64,000 nucleotides of DNA from Clostridia bacterium (GCA_017446155.1 JAFSRI010000045.1:16704-80703), one strand, 5' to 3'. Shown: positions 54,519 to 63,573, numbered from the stretch's first letter. Numbers and translations: made by a program. The notes: generated by a model not told the origin, from the sequence alone.

Positions 54519-55451
54519 TCAGTCCGCAAATAACGGCGTTGAAAGGTATCTGTCGCCCGTGTCGGGGAGCAAAACGACTATGTTCTTTCCTTTGTTTTCC
54601 GGGCGTTTGGCAAGTTCTATCGCCGCCCACGTTGCCGCACCGGCTGAAATTCCGACAAGAACCCCCTCTTTTTTGCCGATGAGTTTTCCCGTCGCAAACG
54701 CGTCCTCGTTCGTTACGGTTATTATTTCATCGTATACCGAGGTATTGAGCACGTCCGGAACAAATCCCGCGCCGATGCCCTGAATCTTGTGCGCTCCCGC
54801 GACGCCTGTTGATAAAACAGCCGACGACGCCGGCTCTACCGCCACCACTTTCACCGCCGGATTTTGGGCTTTAAGATACTCTCCCACACCCGTCACCGTG
54901 CCGCCCGTGCCGACACCCGCGACAAAAATATCAACTTTGCCGTCGGTGTCGTCCCAAATTTCAGGTCCCGTCGTTTCTCTGTGCGCTTTCGGATTTGCCT
55001 GGTTTACAAACTGACCCGGAATAAAGCTGTTCGGCGTAGAGTCGGCGATTTCCTGCGCCTTTGCTATGGCGCCCTTCATTCCTTTTGCGCCGTCCGTCAG
55101 CACAAGTTCCGCACCGTATGCTTTCATTATTTGTCTGCGCTCAACCGACATCGTTTCCGGCATAACTATGATTATTCTGTATCCCTTTGCCGCCGCAACG
55201 GACGCCAGCCCTATGCCCGTGTTTCCGGACGTCGGCTCGACTATCACCGCCCCCTCTTTCAGCTTGCCGCTTTTTTCGGCGTCCTCTATCATTGCTTTTG
55301 CAATTCTGTCCTTCACCGAACCCGCCGGGTTAAAATATTCGAGCTTTGCCAAAATTTTTGCGTCGAGTTTTTCCGATTTTTCAATATGCGTAAGTTCCAA
55401 AAGCGGCGTCTTTCCTATAAGTTGATCAGCCGATGTATATATTTTTGACAT
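54519..55451 (-). CDS. cysK: Cysteine synthase A (O-acetylserine sulfhydrylase)
   Basis: 310-aa ORF with an [30 protein letters not shown] (PLP lysine), [12 protein letters not shown] and [10 protein letters not shown] are hallmarks. Confidence 0.95.
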   Translation of the reverse strand: MSKIYTSADQLIGKTPLLELTHIEKSEKLDAKILAKLEYFNPAGSVKDRIAKAMIEDAEKSGKLKEGAVIVEPTSGNTGIGLASVAAAKGYRIIIVMPETMSVERRQIMKAYGAELVLTDGAKGMKGAIAKAQEIADSTPNSFIPGQFVNQANPKAHRETTGPEIWDDTDGKVDIFVAGVGTGGTVTGVGEYLKAQNPAVKVVAVEPASSAVLSTGVAGAHKIQGIGAGFVPDVLNTSVYDEIITVTNEDAFATGKLIGKKEGVLVGISAGAATWAAIELAKRPENKGKNIVVLLPDTGDRYLSTPLFAD

Positions 55452-56029
55452 AATAATTATCTCCTTTTTATAAATTGTATGTTGTGTATAAAATATGTTT
55501 TCGCCGTTCTTCGACAGTATTTATCGAAAATTGCCTTTCCGACAGCTCTCGCGATCATTCCATGACACGTATACAAAATATGCTTGTGCGGTGGAAAAAC
55601 GGCGTTATCGTGTAAAAGTCTGTTCGATACATTGTTTTATTTATTACTTAATCATTTATTTATGATAGTTTAGCAAATTATAACTCATTTCCGACATCGA
55701 AACCAAGCTGTGTATGTTGAAATATTTTCTTTGACAAAAACATCAAAAAGAATCATTGTTGCCTCCGTTTGTTCGAGCATTTAACTACCGTTTAAGTGGG
55801 TTATTATGATTATATTGCATAACATGGGTTTTGTCAACCGTTTTTTCAATTCCCCATTTTTGAAAACTTGTTTTTAAAAAGGCAATAGGTTGCGGAAACA
55901 ATTTTAAAAAAATCGTATTTTAAGAAGATGCGCCGCGGCGAAGCGACTTTTCAGACAAGTTTTTGTATGGTTTACACGATAGGAAATAAAAAAGTTTGTA
56001 AAAAATGCACGGAAAAATCGCATTTGATG

Positions 56030-56057
56030 TTGACAATCCGTTTTTTTCTGTTATTAT
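56030..56057 (+). promoter_or_regulatory. SigmaA-type promoter of the ABC-DUF1854-darA operon
   Basis: TTGACA (56030-56035), a 16-nt spacer, then TATTAT (56052-56057). Confidence 0.55.
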
Positions 56058-56125
56058 ATAGAAAACCCAACAGAAAACATTACTCTTATTTCAAAAAGCG
56101 GCTTAAAGCCCATAAGGAAAAATTT

Positions 56126-58381
56126 ATGGAATACTCCTTACCGATTTTCAATAAGACGATCCAAAGCAAAGTTATAGAAGAAAAATTATCTCAGGCAGTA
56201 GGCGGCAGAGAGGAACTCTTCCGTATCGTGTGCGACCTGCAACTTAACGGCAATTACGGCGAAAGCACGGTGTCGTTTCTCGACGACGAAATAATAGGCG
56301 TTGACAGCACGGGCGCCGTCATTGATGTGAAAATTGATGAAGTCGAGCGGTTGTATATAAAGCGTATGTATGGCAACGCCGTATTTATAGCGGCAAAAAA
56401 GAACGGCGAGAAAGTTGAGCTTGCGCGCTCGACCCATTCCGTGACGGCGCTTATGAATACCGCAGTGCTTTATTTTGAAAAAATATTGTCCGGCATACCG
56501 CGCGAACAAGCGTTGGAAGCCGTCAAAGTATCGTTTGACAGTCTTGTATGCTCATGCCCCAAATGCGGCAGACCGCTGATACATCCCGGTGCCGACTGCA
56601 TCAACTGCGCTTCAAAGGGAAAACTTGTTCACAAGCTCGTAAAGTATGTTAAGCCCGAAACCAAACGGTTGGCAATATCGGTCATACTGTCGATGATAAC
56701 AACCGTTGTATCGCTTCTTCCGCCTTATATAACAAAAATGCTGGTTGATGACGTCATACCTTCAAAAAACGAAAAGACGCTTATCATGATCGTTATTTTC
56801 CTGCTAAGCGCATATATCGTTCAATATACGGCGTCCGCCGTGCGCGGAATACTTCTTAAAATATGCGGCGACAGAATAGTGGAACATCTGAGAAACGACG
56901 TTTTCGACAAAGCCCAGCACCTGCCGATGAAGTTTTATGACAAAACCTCGACGGGCTCCGTCATAAACCGTATCAGCAACGACACAAACAACCTCCAACA
57001 GTTCATCATGCGTATAACGCAGGACGTTATAACCCAACTGTTTTTGCTTGTCGGCATCGTCATTATAATGATTTCAATGAACTGGAAGCTGACGCTGCTA
57101 TCGCTTATTCCCGTGCCGTTTGTCGTTTTTGCCTCGCGCAAATTCGGGCGTAAAATACGTCCGTTTTACCGCAGGATATGGCGAAAATGGACAGCGGTAT
57201 CGTCGATACTCACCGACAGCATTCCGTGCATAAGAGTCGTAAAGGCGTTTGCAAACGAAAAACGATCGGCTAAAAGATTTACAAAACAGAACGCCGAATG
57301 GCGCAGAGTAAGCACCGTAGCCGGAAAAATATCGAGCGTATTCCCCAATGTGGTGTCGTTTGTCATCACCTGCGGATCTCTTCTCATCTGGTACATAGGC
57401 GGCAAAAACGTTATCGCGGGCAGCTCCACAATCTCCGCCGGTCTTCTCGTTTCTTTCATTTCATACACTACAATGTTCTATGGCCCCGTCAACTTCTTTG
57501 CGGGACTCAACGACGCATATCAAAACGCCTTAACAAGCACCGAAAGGATAATGGACATCCTCGACGCCGAGTCCGAGCATGATGACGGCGCGGGCAACTG
57601 TCCGGACTTTATTCGCGGCAAGGTGGAATTTCGTCACGTCAGCTTTTCGTTTGACAAGAGCAAAAACGTCCTTTCCGACATAAACCTGACAATAGAACCC
57701 GGCGAGTCGGTCGGCATTGTCGGCACGACAGGTTCCGGCAAGACAACGCTTGTAAACCTGTTCATGCGGTTTTATGACAACTACGACGGCACAATCCTCC
57801 TCGACGGAAAAGACATAAAAACGATAGATTTAAGCTATCTCAGATCAAAAATCGGCTATGTTCAACAGGAAGCAATGATGTTTTCCGACACGATCTTCAA
57901 CAATATCGCATACGGAAAACCAAACGCCACGATAGAAGAAGTCATTTCCGCCGCTGACGTTGCAAACGCGCATTCGTTTATTATAAAACACCCTGACGCA
58001 TACGATACGATCCTCGGCGAGCGCGGCGTCGGACTTTCAGGCGGCGAGCGTCAGAGAATCTCCATTGCGCGCGCAATTCTCAACAACCCGCGTGTAATGA
58101 TACTTGACGAGGCGACGAGCGCCGTTGACTCCGAAACGGAAAAACTCATTCAAGACGCGATAAACAACCTTATCAAAGGCAGAACGACACTTATGATAGC
58201 ACACCGTCTTTCTACCTTGCGGCAAGCGGACAAAATTCTTGTAATCGACCAAGGACGCATCGCCGAATACGGCACTCCCGCCGAGCTTATGGCGAAAAAG
58301 GGCAAGTATTACAAGTTGGTAACGATTCAGTCCATGGCAGACCAAGTCCGCCTTGACAAAGAAAAAGAACACTTTGAATAA
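56126..58381 (+). CDS. ABC exporter half-transporter (TMD-NBD) with a cytoplasmic N-terminal extension of about 180 aa containing a zinc ribbon
   Basis: I moved the start to the ATG at 56126 (MEYSLPIF), which follows TAAGGAAAA. The track extension from 55928 covers the promoter. A CPKC-x10-CINC ribbon lies just before TM1. It has a six-TM exporter domain, Walker A GTTGSGKTT, signature LSGGERQR, and Walker B MILDEATSAVD. Confidence 0.85.
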   Translation: MEYSLPIFNKTIQSKVIEEKLSQAVGGREELFRIVCDLQLNGNYGESTVSFLDDEIIGVDSTGAVIDVKIDEVERLYIKRMYGNAVFIAAKKNGEKVELARSTHSVTALMNTAVLYFEKILSGIPREQALEAVKVSFDSLVCSCPKCGRPLIHPGADCINCASKGKLVHKLVKYVKPETKRLAISVILSMITTVVSLLPPYITKMLVDDVIPSKNEKTLIMIVIFLLSAYIVQYTASAVRGILLKICGDRIVEHLRNDVFDKAQHLPMKFYDKTSTGSVINRISNDTNNLQQFIMRITQDVITQLFLLVGIVIIMISMNWKLTLLSLIPVPFVVFASRKFGRKIRPFYRRIWRKWTAVSSILTDSIPCIRVVKAFANEKRSAKRFTKQNAEWRRVSTVAGKISSVFPNVVSFVITCGSLLIWYIGGKNVIAGSSTISAGLLVSFISYTTMFYGPVNFFAGLNDAYQNALTSTERIMDILDAESEHDDGAGNCPDFIRGKVEFRHVSFSFDKSKNVLSDINLTIEPGESVGIVGTTGSGKTTLVNLFMRFYDNYDGTILLDGKDIKTIDLSYLRSKIGYVQQEAMMFSDTIFNNIAYGKPNATIEEVISAADVANAHSFIIKHPDAYDTILGERGVGLSGGERQRISIARAILNNPRVMILDEATSAVDSETEKLIQDAINNLIKGRTTLMIAHRLSTLRQADKILVIDQGRIAEYGTPAELMAKKGKYYKLVTIQSMADQVRLDKEKEHFE

Positions 58382-58395
58382 AGGAGGGCGGCAGA

Positions 58396-58884
58396 ATGAA
58401 AGGATTTTATATCGACGGCGACGAAGCGCGCATGACGCGCACGGGACTTACGTCGCTGACGCTTGAAATTTACGGCGGCAAAACGTATGAACGTCTTGAA
58501 CCCATACGGTTGTTTCCATCGTCCGGCATTACGAAATATATTTCACTCATCGATGAAACAGGCGCCGAAGTGGCGATAATACGCGATCTTGAAAAGCTGC
58601 TGCCCGGCTCAAAAGAGGCGGTGGAGGCTTGCCTTGACGAATATTATATAGTTCCCAAAATAAAACGTATCGTCGCACGCAAAGAAAAATACGGCAACAT
58701 AACGTGGACTGTCGAAACGAACCGCGGACTTCATTCGTTTGACATATTAAACACCTCGACCGATATTAAAACGTTGTATGACGGGCGAATACTGATAAAA
58801 GACGCAAACGACAACAGATATGAAATATCAAACGTCGACAATCTCGACAAGGGCTCTTTGAATTTATTAAAATATGATATGTAG
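58396..58884 (+). CDS. DUF1854 family protein
   Basis: 162-aa ORF, 14 nt after the ABC stop, with an AGGAGGG RBS. Its size, sequence character (LEPIRLFPSS, YISLIDETGAEVAIIRDL, ITWTVETNRG) and position after an ABC exporter fit my memory of DUF1854. Confidence 0.6.
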   Translation: MKGFYIDGDEARMTRTGLTSLTLEIYGGKTYERLEPIRLFPSSGITKYISLIDETGAEVAIIRDLEKLLPGSKEAVEACLDEYYIVPKIKRIVARKEKYGNITWTVETNRGLHSFDILNTSTDIKTLYDGRILIKDANDNRYEISNVDNLDKGSLNLLKYDM

Positions 58885-58896
58885 GAGGAAAAGGAT

Positions 58897-59223
58897 TTGA
58901 AACTTGTATTGGCAGTAATAAATAACGACGACAGCCGCGCGGCGATCACAGCGCTGACCGGGCAGGATTTCTTCGTAACACAGCTTTCCACCACCGGCGG
59001 ATTTTTGCTTGTCGGCAACACTACGCTTCTTATAGGTACGAGCGAGGAACGATTGGGGGAACTCAAAGAAATTCTCAAACAATACTGCAAAACGAGGACA
59101 AAAACCGGCCCCTCAGCGAGCGCCCTCGGAAGAAGTATGTTAAACCACTCGGTTGAAGAAGAAGTCACCGTAGGCGGAGCCGTAATTTTCGTTTTGTCGG
59201 TTGACGAATTTGACAGAATCTGA
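58897..59223 (+). CDS. darA: PII-like cyclic-di-AMP receptor DarA/PstA (DUF970 family)
   Basis: 108-aa ORF with a TTG start 8 nt after AGGAGG. It aligns end to end with my recollection of B. subtilis YaaQ/DarA. Matching segments are MKLVLAVINNDDS, LTGQDFFVTQLSTTGGFLLVGNTTLLIG and VGGAVIFVLSVDEF. Confidence 0.8.
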   Translation: MKLVLAVINNDDSRAAITALTGQDFFVTQLSTTGGFLLVGNTTLLIGTSEERLGELKEILKQYCKTRTKTGPSASALGRSMLNHSVEEEVTVGGAVIFVLSVDEFDRI

Positions 59224-59329
59224 CGCTTTTTACAATCGTCGGTTTTATCACGCATTTATGCTTGTCGGAAATTAAAACGCGTTCGTCAAAATCAAAACCG
59301 GCGCACGAACACACGCGTAAATATGTATA

Positions 59330-59378
59330 AAAATAAATTCTCCCGTGACGAAAGATTTCGCCACGGGAGAATTTTTAA
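59330..59378. terminator. Bidirectional terminator between darA and the SLH gene
   Basis: Stem TTCTCCCGTG (59338-59347) pairs with CACGGGAGAA (59362-59371). It is followed by TTTTT and preceded by an A-rich run. Confidence 0.8.
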
Positions 59379-59379
59379 T

Positions 59380-60603
59380 TTATGAGATAAGTTTGCAGAT
59401 GATCATAGCGGCCGACGCTCTGTTCACCGTATCGGTTGCACTCATGCCGTAAAAGAACCCGAGTTTCGCCATTGCATACAGTCCCTCGTCCGTAATCTCC
59501 TCGCCGCCGCTCGCCCCGACGGGCACCTCGGTTTGCGCGTCCGCCGTAATTGAAATTATCCTTGAAACTATCGTTGCCGCCTGCGAAACGGTTATCGCCT
59601 CATCACCCATAAAGTATCTTCCGCCGTCGTCCTCAACCCCAAAAATAATCCCCAATCTTTCAGCCGCGCACACATATCCGCGCACTCCGTCGGAAATTAA
59701 AGCGTCGTCGTTAAACGACGTCTGTTTCGGCAAGTCAGCCGGAATCTCCGCCGCATTCATAGCCATTACAAGAAATTCCCCGCGCGATACCGCCTTTTCG
59801 GGATAATAAAACCGCTTACCGCCTACAACCTCTCCTACAAGTATTCCCTTTTCACCTACATTTACCGCCGCCGTATATGCGTCATTACCCGCCATATCGG
59901 CGTAAACTATGCCGCTTTTGTTCTTTGCCACGTTTATCGTAACGGTGGCTTCATCCGAAACATTGCCGTATTCATCGAGCGCAACGTATGAAAATTTATC
60001 CTTACCCGAAAAGTTTTCGTCGGGAGAATAGATATATTTTCCCGTTTCATCATCGAGCGTCACCGCCCCATGTCTTGCCTGCTTCACTATTTTATACTTC
60101 ATCGCATCACCGTCGGGATCCTTTGCGTCAAGCAAACCCGTATACGTCACGTTTTCCATTGCCGACACGGTCATGCTCGCAACCTGAGGCGAAAAGTCAA
60201 GCGACGGAAGCATCGCTATCGCACAAACAAATTTTTCGTCGTTATCTCCGGTTGTAAAATCAAATACTGCGCGGCTTCCCTCGCCCGCCGGAACAAACCT
60301 CATCGCCGCAATCATTTCCGCCGAGATATTTTCCCCCGCCGTGATGTCCTCTGTCCCGAGCATCAGTTTTCCCTGTTCCGCGTCGGGAAGCGTGAGCACC
60401 TTTACGTTTCTCACCGTCGCGCCGACGAAATTCTCAAAATCAGCCGATGTGAACGCCACCGAGTTTTGTCCCACGCCTGTCTTTATCATCGTCATTGACG
60501 CGCGAATAACGTCAAACGCGGGCGAAAGACTTGCCGCGCCTACCGTCAGCGACAAGCACATGAACATACATAAAATAAATATGGGAATAATTATTTTTTT
60601 CAT
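59380..60603 (-). CDS. Secreted cell-wall protein with an Ig/cadherin-like domain and C-terminal S-layer-homology (SLH) repeats
   Basis: I moved the start to the ATG at 60603 (MKKIIIPIFILCMFMCLSLTVGAAS signal peptide), which follows GGGGGAGGAAA. The central segment DPDGDAMKYKIV..HGAVTLDDETGKYIYSPDENFSGKDKFSYVALDEYGN is cadherin-like. Three SLH-like repeats follow at the C-terminus. Confidence 0.75.
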   Translation of the reverse strand: MKKIIIPIFILCMFMCLSLTVGAASLSPAFDVIRASMTMIKTGVGQNSVAFTSADFENFVGATVRNVKVLTLPDAEQGKLMLGTEDITAGENISAEMIAAMRFVPAGEGSRAVFDFTTGDNDEKFVCAIAMLPSLDFSPQVASMTVSAMENVTYTGLLDAKDPDGDAMKYKIVKQARHGAVTLDDETGKYIYSPDENFSGKDKFSYVALDEYGNVSDEATVTINVAKNKSGIVYADMAGNDAYTAAVNVGEKGILVGEVVGGKRFYYPEKAVSRGEFLVMAMNAAEIPADLPKQTSFNDDALISDGVRGYVCAAERLGIIFGVEDDGGRYFMGDEAITVSQAATIVSRIISITADAQTEVPVGASGGEEITDEGLYAMAKLGFFYGMSATDTVNRASAAMIICKLIS

Positions 60604-60754
60604 TTTGTTTCCTCCCCCTTTTCCCATTTGCCATGAGTTTTTCCAAACGTTTGGAAAGTTATTCATTTTTGCGGGAGAGGTTTTTTAATATTTTGTTTCG
60701 GATGTTTTTTTTCAGTCGGATTTACAAAAGACTTTATTTGACACAATCAAACTC

Positions 60755-60792
60755 TTTTTAAAAATATAACGAGGGCTTTTTCTGCCCTCGTT
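60755..60792 (-). terminator. Intrinsic terminator after the GNAT gene
   Basis: Stem ACGAGGGC (60769-60776) pairs with GCCCTCGT (60784-60791). On the minus strand it is followed by TTATATTTTTAAAAA. Confidence 0.6.
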
Positions 60793-60815
60793 GTATCTCA
60801 AAACCGGTAAATTTG

Positions 60816-61361
60816 TCACACTGATTCCGTTAAGTCTATCCAATATCTCTCCAAATAAATGTCGCGCTCTTTTAAATACACGGTCGATTCATATTTTCCG
60901 CCGTTATTCAAAATGGTCTTTTTGCTTCCTTCGTTTCCCCGAACACAGCACACCAATACTTTGTCGATCCCAAGTCTTTTGCATTCCGGCAGGACAAGTT
61001 TAAGCATCTGTGTGGCATAGCCCTTTCTTCGCTCGCTCGGGCAAACGGAGTAGCCGATATGTCCCGCGTATTTTTCAAGAAATTCATTGAAATAGTGGCG
61101 GATTTGAATAACACCGACAATTTTGTTGTCAGATTCCCGCACATAAATATATTGCGTCATCGGAACGAGGTTCGGGGGCGTAGTCTCGGCGCGCGAGAGC
61201 GATTCAACCTGATCCAGCCAGTCTTGCGTCTTGTCAAAACGGCGCAATGATCCGCAACCGTCCATAGAGCCTCCGTGTGCAAAAAACTCTTGGCGATACG
61301 CCTGTATCTGTTCGTCGTATTCAATAGAAGGTGGAATTAGCTTCATTCGTGACTTCTCCAT
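60816..61361 (-). CDS. GNAT family N-acetyltransferase
   Basis: 181-aa ORF. Motif A region is IGYSVCPSERRKGYATQMLKLVL. Size is typical of a single GNAT domain. Confidence 0.75.
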   Translation of the reverse strand: MEKSRMKLIPPSIEYDEQIQAYRQEFFAHGGSMDGCGSLRRFDKTQDWLDQVESLSRAETTPPNLVPMTQYIYVRESDNKIVGVIQIRHYFNEFLEKYAGHIGYSVCPSERRKGYATQMLKLVLPECKRLGIDKVLVCCVRGNEGSKKTILNNGGKYESTVYLKERDIYLERYWIDLTESV

Positions 61362-61473
61362 TTTTTGTGTGTTGAAAAAAGTATACCGTAGATAAACGGT
61401 TATTCATTTTTCCGCTTTCAAACGCGAGATATGCGCCTCATCTCATACGTGCGGCGCCTCTGCGGCATTTTGT

Positions 61474-63147
61474 TTACATTCCCAAAACCATGGGCAATAT
61501 CATCGGGCGACGTTTCATATGCGAGAAAATATATTTTGAAAGATCGTCTTTGATTTTGTTTCTCAGCATCGGGAAATCGCAGTTTTTCAGTTCCAGCGCG
61601 TCGTAGATGGAATCCTTTACAACGTCTTTTATTTCGTCGAGCAATTCCGCCGAATCTTTTTCATATACGAAGCCGCGCGAAACGACCTCCGGTCCCGAGA
61701 TTATATCTCTTATATCGAGCGCGACGGCGACGGAAACAACTATAAGCCCGTCCTGCGAGAGGTGCTTGCGGTCGCTGAGCACTACGTTTCCCACGTCTCC
61801 TACGCCGCTGCCGTCAACCATTGTAATGCCGCTGGGAACGGTGCCGGCAAATCGCGCGCCGTCAGCGTCTATTTCAATGACGCGTCCCACCTCCGAAACA
61901 AATATGTGCGACGGCTCCATGCCCATTTGCTCGGCAAGTTCCTTGTGATGATACAAATGGCGCGCCTCGCCGTGGATCGGTATAAAATATTCGGGCTTTG
62001 TCAGCGCGTGCATAATTTTTATCTCTTCGGCGCACGCATGCCCCGAAACGTGAACCTCAGCCACGCTTTCGTTAAGCACCGTTACACCGCGGCGGAACAG
62101 TTCGTTTATTATGTTGCCGACGAGCTTTTCATTTCCGGGGATAGCGGAAGCTGAAATAATTACAAGATCCGAAGGACCGAGATCTACTTTATCGTGTATG
62201 CCAAACGCCATGCGGTAAAGCGCCGACATCGGCTCGCCTTGGCTGCCTGTCGATACTATCGTCATTTTTTCGGGCGGATATTTCTTTATTTCGGAAATAT
62301 CGACGAGCACCCCGTCGGGGAACGTCATATATCCGAGCTCCTTTGCCGCGCCGACAATATTTATCATACTGCGCCCGGTTATCGCAACTTTGCGCCCGTG
62401 TTTTGCGGCTATATCAACTATTTGCTGAACGCGGTGAACGTTTGACGAGAACGTAGAAATTATTATTCGTTTGTTTTTATACTCGTCAAAAAATCTTATA
62501 AGCGACTGCCCCACCTTCGTTTCCGACGGCGTAAAACCGGGACGTTCGACGTTTGTCGATTCGCACATAAGCAGTTTCACCCCTTCGCGTCCGAGCTCAC
62601 CCAAACGCGTAAGATCTGTCATCTCGCCGTCAACCGGCATAGAGTCGATTTTGAAATCTCCCGTATGAATAACCGTGCCTACCGGCGTTTTTACCGCAAG
62701 ACATACAGCGCCTGCGATTGAGTGGTTAACGTGAATAAACTCAATGTCGAAAACGCCGAGTTTTATCTTTTCTCCCGCTGAAACGCAGTGAAGCTCAGGC
62801 TTGAAACCGAGCGAAAATTCTTTGAATTTATATTCAAGTATACCGAGCGTAAGACGTGTGGCGTATATCGGCACGTTGATTTTTTGCAGCAGATACGGTA
62901 TGCCGCCTATGTGATCTTCGTGACCGTGAGTCACCACCACGCCCTTGATTTTTTCCGCATTATTAACAAGATATGTGAAATCAGGCACTACAAGGTCTAC
63001 ACCGAGCATATCGTCGCTCGGGAAGCCTAATCCGCAGTCGATAATAATAATGTTATCGCTGTATTCGAGCACCGTGAGATTCTTCGCTATCTCGCCAAGT
63101 CCCCCCAGTGAAAACACTTTCAACTTTTTTAATTTGGTTTTTGCCAT
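61474..63147 (-). CDS. rnj: Ribonuclease J
   Basis: The N-terminus VFSLGGLGEIAKNLTVLEY..IIIDCGLGFP, the MBL motif THGHEDHIGG, and the beta-CASP and C-terminal domains all fit. The ATG at 63147 (MAKTKLKK) or the track TTG at 63156 could be the start. Neither has an adjacent SD. Confidence 0.9.
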   Translation of the reverse strand: MAKTKLKKLKVFSLGGLGEIAKNLTVLEYSDNIIIIDCGLGFPSDDMLGVDLVVPDFTYLVNNAEKIKGVVVTHGHEDHIGGIPYLLQKINVPIYATRLTLGILEYKFKEFSLGFKPELHCVSAGEKIKLGVFDIEFIHVNHSIAGAVCLAVKTPVGTVIHTGDFKIDSMPVDGEMTDLTRLGELGREGVKLLMCESTNVERPGFTPSETKVGQSLIRFFDEYKNKRIIISTFSSNVHRVQQIVDIAAKHGRKVAITGRSMINIVGAAKELGYMTFPDGVLVDISEIKKYPPEKMTIVSTGSQGEPMSALYRMAFGIHDKVDLGPSDLVIISASAIPGNEKLVGNIINELFRRGVTVLNESVAEVHVSGHACAEEIKIMHALTKPEYFIPIHGEARHLYHHKELAEQMGMEPSHIFVSEVGRVIEIDADGARFAGTVPSGITMVDGSGVGDVGNVVLSDRKHLSQDGLIVVSVAVALDIRDIISGPEVVSRGFVYEKDSAELLDEIKDVVKDSIYDALELKNCDFPMLRNKIKDDLSKYIFSHMKRRPMILPMVLGM

Positions 63148-63376
63148 AATGACCAAAGAACCGTTTGAAAAAACGGTTTTCCTTTCCTGAATATTTATGT
63201 AACTTGCGCCGTCAAAACGAGAAAGTCCGCATCACTCCCCGTCTTTAACGACTGTTTGAAAATCGGTTTTCTCACGCACCCGAAAACTCCGCATCAGTTT
63301 CTGCACGTATTGAGAAAATATATATAAATAAAAATTACATACAAAATGATAACGAGCGTTGCGCTCTGCATGCGTT

Positions 63377-63405
63377 ATTATATCACAATTAACATTTTAT
63401 GGCAA
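63377..63405 (-). promoter_or_regulatory. SigmaA-type extended -10 promoter of rnj (implies a leader of about 220 nt)
   Basis: On the minus strand it reads TTGCCA (63405-63400), a 17-nt spacer, then TGATATAAT (-10 at 63382-63377). Confidence 0.55.
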
Positions 63406-63573
63406 GTGTTTTTCAAAAATTCAAAAAATATGCGTCTTTTTATATTTTGCATAAATTTTTTTGACAAGGTAAATAATCCTATGCGCATAAATCCGCCGTA
63501 ATACACTGCGCCATGCTGCAACGCTTTTTTCAGTGTGCGGGGTAAAACGGTCAGTATATAAACGAGGTAAAAG

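Noticed and set aside
55452-55700. T-box or SAM riboswitch leader for cysK.
   Set aside because: I read the cysK-sense strand and found no GGTGGTACCGCG-type T-box, no specifier or AGAGA arrangement, and no S-box helices. A covariance-model scan would settle it.
55928-56125. 66-codon N-terminal extension of the ABC transporter ORF as listed in the track.
   Set aside because: The extension contains the TTGACA-16-TATTAT promoter. It encodes a lysine- and cysteine-rich sequence with no coding character and has no RBS. The ATG at 56126 has one.
56058-56125. c-di-AMP (ydaO/kimA-type) riboswitch in front of the ABC-DUF1854-darA operon.
   Set aside because: The leader is only about 65 nt and shows none of the pseudo-symmetric GGGGA/ACCC-type conserved segments.
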